64,000 nucleotides of DNA, from positions 180,371,036 to 180,435,035 of the forward strand of contig NC_085842.1 in NCBI RefSeq assembly GCF_035594765.1. Direction: 5' to 3'. The notes under the pieces are model-generated. The model ran no database searches. It was not told the DNA's origin and worked only from the letters and a program-made list of their open reading frames with translations. Source of the DNA: Anolis carolinensis. Its lineage: Eukaryota. Each line of letters opens with the position of its first letter. Position 1 is the stretch's first letter. A program made the position numbers and the translations under genes. Shown here in pieces: positions 14,270-28,032 of the stretch.

Positions 14270-14460
14270 ACATAAATAATAATAATAATAATAAAACTTT
14301 ATTTATACCCCACCACCATCTCCTTGTGGGGACTCGGGGCAGCTCACAATGTTACGAAAGTAACAGCGCAAATACATTAACAATATACACAGTTTCAAAC
14401 ATAAGAAGATGATAAAACAGAAGTTAAAACAAAGGTTTATAAAAATAACCCATTGTTCTT
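14270..14460. mobile_element. Penelope-like fragment with (AAT)n end
   Basis: aataaaactttatttatacccc...ggactcggggcagctcaca motif, shared with about 13190, 13650, 8450-8520 and 18590-18690. Confidence 0.6.
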
Positions 14461-15742
14461 GAAGTTTATGAATGGTCCCTTTAGAAAATGTATAAGGTTG
14501 TGGGTAAACTAAAGCTCCCAATATCAACTGCCCTTGCCCCCAAACCGCAACAGTAGTTAAACACACCATGTTTGTTCCAGATCTATTGCCAGTGGGGTCC
14601 ATGGTGCTCTGTGATGGTGGATGAACTACAAATCCCATCATCAAGAGTCAATTCCCCCCAAAACATTGCCAGTACTTAAAGTTGACCATGAAGTACAGAT
14701 CCATCATACAGATCCATACTTTAACTTGGGAGATCTCAGGCTGCCCATGACTGCTTCTTGGTAGGGGGTTGGATTGGATGGCCCATGAGGTCTCTTCCAA
14801 CTCTATGATTCTATTATTCTATTTTAAAATAAGGCTTTCTAACTGTTAAAAGAAACATACAAATAAATCAATGCACTTCTGGATCTATTCGTTTAAATAA
14901 ATTACCATACTCTGCCAGCACATGTTGTTTAAACTTGTTATTTCTTGACCCCAAACTATCAAAATTATGCACTGATGCAAAATTCTTCACTTTAAACATG
15001 AAATCTAGAAATTGAGAGGAAGATGGTATCTTTTTGTCCAAGGCTTTGCCCAAAGGTTCCCCAGATATCAATTCATACAAAATTCAGGCTATGTTACGCT
15101 GAAGGCACATAATGCTAAAAGCAAATTCTAGGCTATTTTTAACCTCAGTTTACAATAAATAAAATATGCTAAACCTGCACAATTATCCTTGCGCTTCTTT
15201 CCCTGTACCTTATAGTACATCTTCATTATCACAATCTCATTCATACCAAGGGGAGCCTAAAAACAAACAAGCAAAACAGGGACGAAATATCTAATTATTA
15301 TTGTTATTAATTATTATTAACTGCCTGAGACTCTCCTCGGAGAATTAAAGAACTTGCTCATTCCTTCTCCCTTCTCTTTTTCAGCCATTCCTTTATTCAG
15401 AGAACTCCACGTGACTTGTGAAACCAAGGCAAGCCATGAGCTGGAGTGGGAGGCAAACTCACACTTCTCCCTGAGAAGAAAGGTTGTCTAGCTCATTTCA
15501 GCCAGTGGAAAATGCCTTTCCTTCCTTTCCATGCAATTGTTTTCTACTAAGACATTACCCCCAAATTACAATCTCATATGTGGGGTTAATGGATAGAAAG
15601 GAAACCCTCCTAACCCCAGCTGTAATGCTGACTTCCTGCTAACTATGGTTTGCATGCAAGTCAGTTTCAGAAATTGTTATGCCTTTCTTTTCCTTCCTTG
15701 TTTCTCTGTCAAATGTTTCATAATTCCTTATTTTGTTGATCT

Positions 15743-15997
15743 GGAGCCCCTGGTGGCACAGTGGGTTGGTGCCAAAAGACTGTGATGACCGAAAGGTCGG
15801 TGGTTCGAATATGGGGAGCGAGGTAAGTGCTTGTCTGTCAGCTCTAGCTCCCTATGCGGAGACATGAGAGAAGCCTCCCATAGGATGGTAAACATCAAAC
15901 ATTCAGGCATCCCCTGAACAACGTCCTTGCTGACCACCAATTCTCACACCAGAAGTAACTTGCAGTTTCTCAAGTTACTCCTGACATGAAAAAAAAA
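15743..15997 (+). mobile_element. tRNA-derived SINE (Anolis SINE2-like)
   Basis: Head ggagcccctggtggcacagtggg with B box ggttcgaat; body shared with the 38524 copy; A-tail. Confidence 0.85.
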
Positions 15998-16012
15998 CCT
16001 TGTTGCTTTAAA

Positions 16013-16492
16013 TCAGGGGTGTCAAACCCATTTTCATTGAGGGCCATATCAGCCCTCGATGTTTGCCTTCAAAGAGTCATTGAATCTGTGAATACAGAGG
16101 GCCAACCATAATTTTTTTTACATAGTGATTGTTGCTCTTTAGTGTTTACCCAGTTTGGGTTCCCAGATGTTATTGAATAATAACTCACATCACTTTTTAT
16201 TATATCCGCAATGTGGACTGAAGATAATGGGACTGCAACCCAACAGTACTTGTGACTCTTAGGTTTTAAAGTAAAACATCATATGCACAAGCATTGCATC
16301 TAAATCCAAACCATGCAATCCTGACTAAACAGAACAAACTGCGACTTTACGGTTGTTACTGTATCACAGTGTCCATCAACTGTAGTCATAATGCCTAATG
16401 AATACAGGAATCGTAGCCCAGCATTTGGGGGGCCACATAAAATGACCTGGTGGGTCAAATTCAGCATTCAGATCCTGAATTTGACACATGTG
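16013..16492. mobile_element. Old hAT-like element; related copy at about 43002-43510
   Basis: Ends caggggtgtcaaac...tttgacacatgtg; internal similarity to 43002-43510. Confidence 0.6.
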
Positions 16493-17099
16493 ATCTAAAG
16501 TAAACCATGATAGCTAGGCTTATATCCAGTGTAAAACTGCCTAGGAATAAGTTCAATTTAAATCAAGGGGGCTGATATCTGAGTAGGCACATATTGCCCA
16601 GTGTTACATCTATAATAGTTCTTATCTTGATTAATTTTAACCAGTTTGCCATTCAAGAAGTGATTCCTGATAAATCTTAATCTTAGTTTGAATTAATGAA
16701 GATAAAACATTAAACATTGTTTGCTTCAAATGTTACTGTATGGGAACAAGAGAACTGCAGACAAAAGATTGAACACTGTGGGGCAAAGCATATGGACACA
16801 CATGTGTGTTTGAACACACCACACACCAGTCACGGGTCTAGGACCAGAACATGAGAGGGGCCTTGGTTAGGCATTCAATGAAGACTATTCACAAATTATA
16901 TCAGTACCATGCATCCACCATCTAATGCAATTGGTGGAAAGTGACACTTATTTTTGTAGACAAAGACTTCTGATAAATACACAATCAGCACAGATTGTGC
17001 CACTTAAAACTGCTTCTCAAGACCTAGCTTCCGAAGATCATGGACAGGTAGGGCCATTCCACCTGGTCAAACATCTTGAGGGTATCCAGGCAAGTTGCT

Positions 17100-17400
17100 C
17101 TAATGGACAATTCACCTGGAATAACACTGTGTCCAGTTCAAGAATGGTATCGACAAGCTGGAATGTTTCCAGAGCAGAGAGACCGAAATGGTAAAAGGTC
17201 TGGATTTTGAGCCCTATGAGAATGGCTGAGGGAGCTGAGTATGTTTATCTTGAGAGTAGATTAAATGATAATCATGTTTAAATACTTGAAAGGATGCCAT
17301 ATCGATGTTGGAGCAGGTTTGTTCTCTGCGCAACAGGACAACAAATTCAAACTACAGGAAAAGACATTCCACCTAAACATTAAGAACTCTATGATTCTAA
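17100..17400 (+). mobile_element. CR1 LINE 3' fragment (degenerate)
   Basis: aaactacaggaaaagacattccacctaaacattaag and ctctatgattcta tail, shared with 20915-21240. Confidence 0.7.
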
Positions 17401-19674
17401 AAAATCTAAACTTTGTCTTCTAGGATTGAAGGACTACCAATTAAAAAAGAGTCATGGAAGAATACTTGATTATTTTACAATAACTGCGAGAATATTGCAT
17501 ACTCAAAATGGAAGAGTGACTTATTGCCCACTAAAGAAGATTGGTTATTAAAATTGAAATGAATACGTTTTCTATTTTGATGAAAGATAAGATGTGAGCA
17601 ATGTTTTGAAAAACTGAAAACCTTTTTTATGGAAAAAAATGACAGTTCTTTGATGACTGTTGGTTTTGAAAATTAGTATGAGTTAAATGAATAGATGAAC
17701 TGTAATTTTTAGATTAAGTAAAGGAAGGCTGGGATTGCATGATTTAAAATATATTACAAGGGGTTTAGCTTTTTCTGCCAAATAGTGCTGCTGTTCCACC
17801 AAACTACCAATCTCAGAATTCCATAGCACTGAGCCAGGGACATTAAAATGGTGTCAAACTGCATTAATTCTTCAGTGTATATATACTCATAGTATAAATG
17901 GAGCCCAGTGTTGGGCACAACGATGCTAAAGCTTGGCCTACAAAAATGAAGCAATATTTCAAATCCTTGAGGATATAGGCTAGCATTTATCAACCTGGGT
18001 GTCGGGAAACTGTGTTCCCCCTCATAGGAAGACTGAAACCATTAACATTCATTGAGACAATATTTACCTTATCCACACTAACAGGGTGTGAATGAAAGGT
18101 TTCAATGTAAGTGTGCATTCCCACTTGTTGCTATACCTTTATCACTAACTGGAGAGCTAACTTATTCAAAATTACAAATTATAGATTGTAAATCATTTCC
18201 GCATTTTTCAACAGCAACAGTTCAGTCAACAGTAGCATGAGAGTATGAACTAATACCCATATCCAGAATAAGTCTTTAAAGCAGCCTCTGTGCTGAGGCA
18301 GACTGCACCCAGCAATCTTTAAAAAAACTTGGCACTTTGACCAAGCTTTCCAATAGATATAGAGCCAAAAAGGTTCAAATTATAGACCCACTGGTTTTCT
18401 CACTGAAAGCACTTTATATGACTGGTTGGTTGTTATTCATTTTATGTCTATAATTATGTGTAATTGATGTGTATTTTAGGGTTGGTTGATTTTACTGTGG
18501 TATTGTTATGTATTAATGATGTGAATTATGTTTTCCTTTAATATTGATGCATCTGTATTTATTGCACCGTATGTATTGTTACATTATTAGTGTTTTGTAA
18601 GCCGGCCCAAGTCCCTTTTGGGAGATGGTGGTGGGGCAGAAATAAAGTTGTTGTTGCTGCTACTGCTGTTGTTATTATTATTATTATTGGTAGTGGGCTA
18701 GGAAGGGTTTGACTGGGTTGTAGCAATATTAAAGGATCATTCCATTTCCTGTTTGGCTATTTTAGTGTACTATTTTGGGGGTCAGAAACTGAAGCTAGAT
18801 GGATGAGAGGAATGCAAAAGTCATGTTGTTCGCTTTCTGTTACATTGAGACCAGGTCAAAATAACTGCACTAAGGGACAGTAGGAGGGGATGGCAATGTC
18901 ATATTTGGAGACATTGCAGGGGTTCTCCCACTTTGCACATCTCACCTTCTTCCCAGGCTATCTTCATTTGGCAGTGGAGGTGAATCTCTGTAACTACCAT
19001 TAACAGGAACCAGGTTGGGTAGTAAGATATTGCAAGATTTAAGGATATGTGCTGGGTTGTTTTGTGTGTGTGTTTTGGATTGGTGAGGATGCCAATGTTT
19101 TGCCATAATGAAACAGAATGGGTTTGATTGAAAGACACTATATAGCAGATTGTAGATTCCTGTCAGCTGTCTGTGTGAGGTGTGAGCATTTTCTGCTTCT
19201 TACAAGTCCTGATGTATCTTGACTTTGGTTCTTTTATGGTTCAGATATCTCAGAGTATTAACAACCTACATGGTGGAATCTGTGGATATCTCACAAAGTG
19301 AGTAATGATGTCTCTAACAGACACTTGGGGTTATAGACCTAGAATCTGGTATGATATTTCAATCTTCCAGTTGAAGGTTTATGCTAATTTCAGAGAATCA
19401 GATGACCATGGCTGTGTCAACAGAGCCAAAACAATATAGACAAACTGCTCAGCTTCTGGAGGGGGAGGTCCACTGTCCACATGATGCACAGCTGGATTTG
19501 CAGCAAAACTATTGTGTCCAGACAAGGAAGAAATGTGTTGACTCCACAGCTTCCTGAAAGCTTTGGAGTGATCCTACAACCTCAGAGGTATCATCCATGG
19601 TCCACAAATCTAATTGACCTAACTTCAACATCATCATCAGCAAGCTGCTCCTTCTCAGAAGTTTGCTGGAGAAA

Positions 19675-20526
19675 AAATTAATAACAAAGATTTATAACAA
19701 ACTACTTGAATTGGCCACAGAAACAAGAAGAAATAAAGAACTCAATAATAAAATGGCCAGAAATATAGGCAATACAGATAAAAGAATGGGAAGAAATTTG
19801 GATGAATAAAATGAAACTTACATTACTCAGGCTTGAAGAAAAATTGGTTGAAAATGCTCTACTGTTGGTATATGATGCCGAATGGGAATGATGTATAAGA
19901 ACACAGATAACAAATGTTGGAAGTGCAAGGTAAAGGAAGGTTCATATTTCCACATGTGGTGGACTTGTGAAGAGACAATGACTTACTGGAAGAATATCCA
20001 TAAAGAGTGTCAAAGAATTCTTTAAAAAGACTTTAACATGAGACCTGAATATTATCTATTTGGAATGCTTGATAAAGAACTTTTCGCTGACCACAATGAA
20101 GAAAAGTTTGCTACAGCGGCAAGAATGGTTTTTGCGAAAAGATGGAAGATGAATACAGTACCAGATACGAAGGACTGGCTACTTAAAAGTTATAGAAATA
20201 AAGGACATGGATAAGTTAACATTCTTACTAAAGGAAAACACTGGTAGAGGATTAAGAATGACGGACTGGTCAACCCTTGAAGAATATATTAAGATGAAAT
20301 AAGGACTTGAAAGGGAAAGAAACTACTCTCCTACTTTTTTGCAGGGGCTAAAAATCAAAGGAACAGAAAAAACGGAAGGAAGAAGATCGGAAGTCAAGAA
20401 TACTTCGTTCTTTTTTTTCTTCCTCTCTTTCTTTCTCTCCCTTTTGGTATGTGCCATATTTTCTATTCTTTTGTTGTAGTTTTAATATTAGATTTAAATG
20501 TTATTAATAAAAAAAATGTTTTAAAT
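19675..20526 (+). mobile_element. 5'-truncated L1-clade LINE, antisense to IQSEC2
   Basis: Decayed ORF2 C-terminus KCWKCKVKEGSYFHMWWTC (CCHC motif, about 19912-19968); aataaa plus A-rich end; 16-bp TSD aagtttgctggagaaa (19659-19674 / 20527-20542). Confidence 0.88.
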
Positions 20527-20569
20527 AAGTTTGCTGGAGAAATCAATATCACACCAAAGCATCAAGCTA

Positions 20570-20798
20570 CTTACTTATTTATTTACAAAATTTATATTCC
20601 ACCCTTCTCACCCTGAAGGGGACTCAGGGCAAATCACATTACACATATAGGCAAACATTCAATGCCTTTTAACATAGAACAAAGACAAGACAAACATAGG
20701 CTCCGAGCGGGCCTCGAACTCATGACCTCCTGGTCAGAGTGATTCATTACAGCTGGTTACAGCTGGCTTGCTCTCCAGCCTGGGCCACAGCCCGAGCC
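20570..20798 (-). mobile_element. tRNA-derived SINE with (TAAA)n-like tail
   Basis: Minus-strand head with B-box-like gagttcgaggccc; ends in ...ataaataag repeats. Confidence 0.65.
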
Positions 20799-20914
20799 CA
20801 GAAATGTGATGTTGTCAGAAACCTTCAGGGCAGGAGTGGCTTACTGGTGGAGATATAACAGCAGAGGCAGAGCCCATGATGCAACTCAACCTGGGCAGCT
20901 TTGGGGAATAAATC

Positions 20915-21240
20915 TGAGAAGACATGATAGCCATGTCTAAATATGTGAGGGGAAGTCATAGGAACAGGGAGCAAGCTTGTTTTCTGCTGCCCTGGAGACT
21001 AGGACACAGAACCATGGCTTCAAACTACAGGAAAGAAAGGAGATTCCACCTGAACATTAGGAAGAACTTCCTCACTGTGAGAGCTGTTTGGCAGTAGAAC
21101 TCTCTGCTCCGGACAGTGGTGGAGGCTCCTTCTTTGGAGGCTTTTAAGCAGAGGCTGGATAGCCCTCTGTCGGGGGTGATTTGAAGACGATTTCCTGCTT
21201 CTTTGCACGGGGTTGGACTCTATGATTCTTTGATTCTATG
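20915..21240 (+). mobile_element. CR1 LINE 3' end
   Basis: aacattaggaagaacttcct...ttttaagcagaggctgga...ggttggac...(ctatgatt)n tail typical of CR1. Confidence 0.88.
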
Positions 21241-22501
21241 AGAAGCTCTGGAATGTTTTAACCCAGATTTATCTAATAGGTATAGATGCGGCCCACATCT
21301 CTCCCTGTTTTCATATTTTCCAGGCCTCACATGAACAAATTTAGCCTGTAACATGTCTTCTCTAAATCTTCAACTTTGAACTAAAAGCCTTGCATCAGAA
21401 TAGTTATTTGGTTTGTTTTTTCCATCTTGGGCTTGACCAAGGTTTAGTTCTACACCAAAATGTTATTAAAGGGGGGCAGAGAGGAAAAACGTGTCAGAGA
21501 TTAAAGGGAATCCATGTTCCCATGGCTGCTTCCAAGTTTGTTTGTTTGGGGGGGGGGTAGTGTTCTTTTTGTACTGGAAACTCTCTTTATCAGAAGCTCT
21601 TAAAATACAATGGGTCCACCTCAAAGGACTGCCAAAGAGCCCAAGAATCTGTGAAATGGCTAGATATGGCCTACATATCAGCATTGTGCTTGGAACATGG
21701 CAAAATCAAGTCTTCCTTTTTGGGTTTTAAAAGCTGTGATTGGTTGACTGAGCGATGCAAAACCTGTAAATAGAGTACTGACCATATATGTTCTTTAGTC
21801 CTGTAACAATTTTATAACAAATTCTGAGGTACGTTAACAGTCTGCCAGTGTATACAGAGGTATAAACTTTATGATAATTATGCCTGAATGAGGACAATTC
21901 TTTAAAATGAAGCAATCTTAAAGATCCTGGCCACACTCCGACCCTTGGTATGTAATCTTTAAGCATGATGAAATGAAAGAGTGAGTCTCTTGTTCTTGCA
22001 CACCCACCATGTGTCAGAATGCCCTGCTTTTTCAGGCGTGTATGCACATACATTTCTACGCACATAATTCCCGTCCCTTCTTTCTTGTGGCAGATGGATC
22101 GAGTGGGTGGGATACATGCAAATGGAGATATATGTGCATGTAAGACCAATCACAGTACGTCCTAAATGCTGTGGGAAGCACAAGGTAGAGATTCGCTCCA
22201 ACGCCTCTCTGGCTGTAGAGTTTCTATACTGGAGCCAGCGTGTGAATGAGTACCTTATTTGTTCAAATTACTGAACGGTCAACTTTTTGGCCTTTCCTTC
22301 AGACTCCTTTGTGATACATACAGAAATCGAAGCCGAAATGCATAAGCAATTATCACTCCCCATGATCCAGAATAATCTCAGACGTTATGTACTGCAGCAT
22401 CATAATACAAGGTTCTCAATGCCATGACTAACCAAAGGGATTCTGAGACAAAGCCACGTGCTCCTTGCTGTGTATGTCTTAATCTCCAAATTAAGCCTCT
22501 A

Positions 22502-22699
<198 letters not shown>

Positions 22700-23827
22700 T
22701 CACACACAAAGGCAAGCTGGGCAAAGAGGAATGGGTTCACATATTTAGTCCCGTTTTCACATGCTATCTTGCATCAAAAACCAGTGTAATTCATGAGTGG
22801 CTCATGGGCTGAGCAGCAAAGGTGTAACCTCACACCATTTCAGAGTGATGCTCCTCTATAACCCCTCACCCTAAGTATACTACTGTCTATACTTTCTTTT
22901 TAACACACTGTGAGAAAAAGACATGGTTGAAGGTATACTCTGCAGTTCTGTAATTACACAAATGCCTGCTCATAAGATGGAAAAAACACAACAGAACGCC
23001 TAATGGAAGCAATGGGGAAAGTGCATGGAAAGTCTAGCATTCTTTAGCTGTGATAGCTAAAGCTAATGGGGGTTGTAATCCGGCCAACATGTGGAGGCCA
23101 CAGTGTTCCATTCATATCTAACCAATATATTCCTCTCACAGATGTACTATACACTGAACTAGCATTCCTGGTAAATCAATTTTTCCCAGCCCTTGTATCA
23201 GTTTAAAAATGTCATCACATAGTTTCCCCAGGCAACTCATACCAATAACGATCTGCATTTAAGAGCTGGAAATCTCTTTTCAAATATTTGTGGTATTATT
23301 GCCTCTTTTATTTCTTGTAGAATGGATAACTCATAAAACCATTGGGGAGCTTTTCATGAAATTTCTATTCTCCTTTATCTTGTTAAAATTACTCTTTGTA
23401 CGTTATCAGGAGATTTCTGGTCTCCATAAGCTTTGAAATTATAACAGTACTTTCGTACATATACAGCATTTTCCCTAACTTACTTAGGCTAAATTTATTT
23501 TCTCTAAATACTAAAAATAACACTTTAATTTTCACAAGCCTATAAGGGAAACCTGTAGTATGCACTCCATACTTCTAGGGACAGGAATGACAAAGCTGAT
23601 CCTTTAGAAGAGGCATTTGCATTAAGATTTGGGCTAGAAGCTTTCCATTCACAATATATGATTTCAAGTAGTACGCTTGTCAAAGAAAGCCTCACCACTT
23701 ACTTCTCTCTTTTAAAAATGTACAAAGAGCCAATATTTATGCGACATTCAATGAGCCTGGGAACAGAGTGGACTGTAAAAGTTGAAGTGATGTTGGGTAG
23801 GGGAGAGTAATTATATAGAATTCCTTA

Positions 23828-24094
<267 letters not shown>

Positions 24095-24633
24095 CTACTG
24101 GGCTACAGTGCTAAGGACTTCTTCACAATGGTCTAATAACCCATGTATTCACTGTGCATTTGATTCTGGATGGTCACCACAATGTTCTGCCACTACTGGT
24201 GGATATCATGGTGTTAACTAGGTTAAGCCCCCATTTAAAAAATGTTGGAGTTTGCCTGAAGCTCTGGAGGTAACTCAGCTTGGGCCAGTCCAAATGGACA
24301 CTGCCACCATCCCTTGTGTTTGTCAGACCCCAGGAGCAGTCATGTCAACATGGGTGGTAAAGTGACAGTCCAGCTGGGCCAATAGAGCCTGGGCCTGTTT
24401 GGACCATCAAGACTCTGACCTATTGCCATTGTAAGTTCAGGACAGTGAGTGTGGTCGCCCCTGGAACCAGTCAGGCTCTAAACAACCCACAATTAAGTAG
24501 CCAGTGTAAATGAGCCAAGGAGGATCATCCTCCAGAAACTACTTCAAATGCCTGATCTTTCATGTAGTTTGTATTGTTTATCTGGAAAAACAGCAAGAAA
24601 TAAATTATTTATATATACATATATACACACACA

Positions 24634-24956
24634 CAGTAGAGTCTCACTTATCCAACACTCACTTATCCAACGTTCTGGATTATCCAACGCATTTTTGTAG
24701 TCAATGTTTTCAATACATTGTGATATTTTGGTGCTAAATTAGTAAACACAGTAATTACTACATAGCATTAGTGCGCATTGAACTACTTTTTCTGTCAAAT
24801 TTGTTGTATAACATGATGTTTTGGTGCTTAATTTGTAAAATCATAACCTAATTTGATGTTTAATAGGCTTTTCCTTAATCTCTCCTTATTATCCAACATA
24901 TTCACTTATCCAACGTTCTGCCGGCCCGTTTATGTTGGATAAGTGAGACTCTACTG
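24634..24956. mobile_element. Tc1/mariner-type MITE, full length
   Basis: 23-bp TIRs cagtagagtctcacttatccaac / gttggataagtgagactctactg, embedded in a TA/CA microsatellite. Confidence 0.92.
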
Positions 24957-24969
24957 TGTATGTATATAT

Positions 24970-25004
<35 letters not shown>

Positions 25005-27511
25005 AGGGGGGGAGGGAGGGGGTATAGGTAAACGAAGAACCGTCATTTTTTCTAGCAGCAGTGGTATTTATTCCTTTTAGCCCAAAGTACAAAATCCTGT
25101 AAAAATATAAAGACAGACTGCTTCTGGTTTCCTTCCTTCCTTCTTTCCTTTCTAGTTTAAAATGAGCTTCTCCTGGATGATTCTATGAGAGATGTTTTAT
25201 TTTGATGTGAAGAGACATCAGGTGGCTCCAAGTAGGTGTAGGAACCACAAAAATAGCCTGTGCTGCACTTTTCAACCCCAGCTTTTAGTCAAAGGCCTCT
25301 ACAAATTATCTAATGGCTATGCCATTCTGCTCCCATTTGATCATGCAAACAAATCCAAGGCTAAATTGGGCAAGGGCTAATTATAACACATTACTGGGTA
25401 AACATCTCCTTTCAAATTAGGCTGGTGCAAGACATTCTCATTCTCTAAGTGTCTTTAACTGTTCTCCAAAGAGTCACCGAGAATAATTTTGGGATGACAT
25501 TCAACTTCAGTGCCCCCACTCCCCAAATTCAATGCTGGCATGGTCAGGCCAAGCCTGACCAAAAGATGAAGACTTACTGTCATGTTTTTCACTTAGCTCA
25601 ACAGCCCATATGCAAGCATCAAGTAAGTCATAAGCTGAAGTTAAAGGCTGCATCTAAAATTTCCTATTAATTCTAAGCTTGCCAGCGGCAAGCAACCCTT
25701 AATAGTGGAAGCAACAGAAACACTAGAGTTACACAAAGAGTAGTACCAGATTCTCAAAGAGTCACCACATTGCCAAAACAGATTAAAAGTTTTTCAGAGA
25801 GCTCCATAATTATAAGCTACTTCAGGGATCATTCAGACCAGCGGTTTCCAAACTTTGGATATTTTAGACTTCAAGCCCCGGAAGTCCCCTTGGCCAATAG
25901 TTAGTAATTCTGTGAGCTGAAGTCCAAAACACCAGGAGGACCAAAATTTGGGAACCACTGATTAGATTTTGGTTGGGGGGGGGGGGGGGGAGAGACGGGA
26001 GAGGGGAGAGGAAAGAATAAATAAACTCTTTTAAAAGTAAACAATTGAGCATCATAAATGAGTTATAGCTCCAATGTGCCTCCAAGGCTGTTAGTTAAGC
26101 TTTAGTTATACTTTTCAGGAAAATTATCTTTATCCTCTATTCCGCAAAAATAACTTAAATCGTTACTTGCAGCTGCTTAAAAAAGGATCTGAGGTGCAAA
26201 CTGCTGACTTGATGGCATAAAACACATTTTCCTCCTGTCCATTTTGCCAATGCTTAAACACCCACAGCAGACTATGAGGCAGCGGCATGAGACAAAGTAT
26301 AAGCCAGCACTTGAATCATGAGGCACTCCTCTCTCAACATACAGTGAAGCCATAGGAAGCTCTGTGACTCTGAAGCCGTATGAAATGATGGTAGGTTACT
26401 AACCACAACTACTTTATCAGTTACCCTGTTTTTGAAGGGGGAGGGAGAAAACTGCTGGACATAAGTAGTTGATAAGGGTGGAATTGGGATTGGTAAGGTT
26501 AAGTAAATAAGATACATTATACTGAGTGAAAATGTAAGCAGAATTTCATTATTGAGATTTGTATAAGTCTAACTGTGTCTACAATTAATAAAACTTTTTT
26601 AAAAAACCCAAGAGCAACAGTATACAGCTGTACCACAAAATGAATGAGTTATCTGCTGCCAAGTCTTAGTTGTAATGGACAGTAGTCACACTACTGTTCT
26701 TGGGGAAATAATTAATTAAAAGAACTATTTTCTAGGGAACATGGGGTGGTGGTTTGAGCATTGAACTACGATTCCAGAGACCTGGATTCAAATGACAACT
26801 TGAATGTTCATGGGCAAGTCACATTCTCTCAGCCTTAGAGAAAGGTAAAAGCAAAATCCATTCTGAACAAATCTTGCCAAGAAAATCCCATGATGGGTTC
26901 ACCTGAAGAGCTGCCATAGATCAGAAACAACTTGGAAGGCACACAACAACAAAGATACTTACTAACTAGTTTCTTGCAAGTGTTACATCTTCAAGAAACA
27001 CTACTACGCATAGACCACATCTGAGGAATTACAATGGGCAATGGCACATGATTTCACAAAGTCATCTCTACAGGCCAGATGTTGTCAAAAGTGTTGCCAT
27101 CAATCCACTTTATCCCTGGTTGAAGGAACAGTTGGAGCTTCTCCATCTGGTGCTTCAGTTAGGCACTGAGGTTGTTGCACACACACACATACATTACATG
27201 AGTGCCACAGACCAAAGGGGCTCTAAGATTGAGACCTGTCTGGTCCTGACAGTCCGCATCACTTCTGCCTGCCAGACATCTCTCCTCATACCCAGTACAC
27301 ATAAAATACTTTCCATCTCATCCTCACCAATGAGAGGAGCAGCAGCCACACCTCTGGAAAGAGGAGATTCAGCAAAATTTAACTGACCATCACAAGATAC
27401 TGATCATCCCTCAGGTAGCAACACACTTCAAAGTCCAGAGCAGCCTTGGCTGGAGGCTGCAGAAATAAATCAGCTATAAAGCCAAAGCTGGTTTTAATAG
27501 TCCCCTTCCCC

Positions 27512-27591
27512 CCTGTGGATACTAAAATCTATAGATGCTCAAGCCCCAAGCCCAAGGGGCTTGAGCATCTATAGATTTTAGTATCCACAGG
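27512..27591. repeat. Perfect inverted repeat, 36-bp arms, 8-nt spacer
   Basis: cctgtggatactaaaatctatagatgctcaagcccc-aagcccaa-ggggcttgagcatctatagattttagtatccacagg. Confidence 0.95.
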
Positions 27592-27897
27592 AGGTCCTGG
27601 AAGAAACGCAAGTGGATTTGGAAGGCCCCTCTGTACTGTGCTGCATGCTACATTTCCTGCCTTGACAGCTTTTGTGTTTTAAGGGGAAAAGAAAGAAAGA
27701 TGGCGAGAAGACTTAAGAAAATTTTTGAGCACAACTGTCTTAGACCCCAAAGATTTTTTGTTGTTGTTGAAAAGTCTTGTTTGGAATCATTCTGGGCTAA
27801 GACTCAGCGTTGAAATTCACTCAATGGCCACAAGATGTCAGTAACACCACTGCCATGGTTTTGTTTCATTTATGTGTTTCTCAATATGTGCTTAGAA

Positions 27898-28032
27898 CAG
27901 TGGTTTTCAATCTGTGGGTTCCCAGATGTTTTGGCCTTCAACTCCCAGAAATCCCAACAGCTGGTAAACTAGCTGGGGTTTCTGGGTGTTGCAAGCCAAA
28001 ACACTTGGGGACCCACAGGTTGAGAACCACTG
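27898..28032. mobile_element. hAT MITE, family A
   Basis: cagtggttttcaa...ttgagaaccactg; TSD gcttagaa / gcttagga. Confidence 0.9.
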
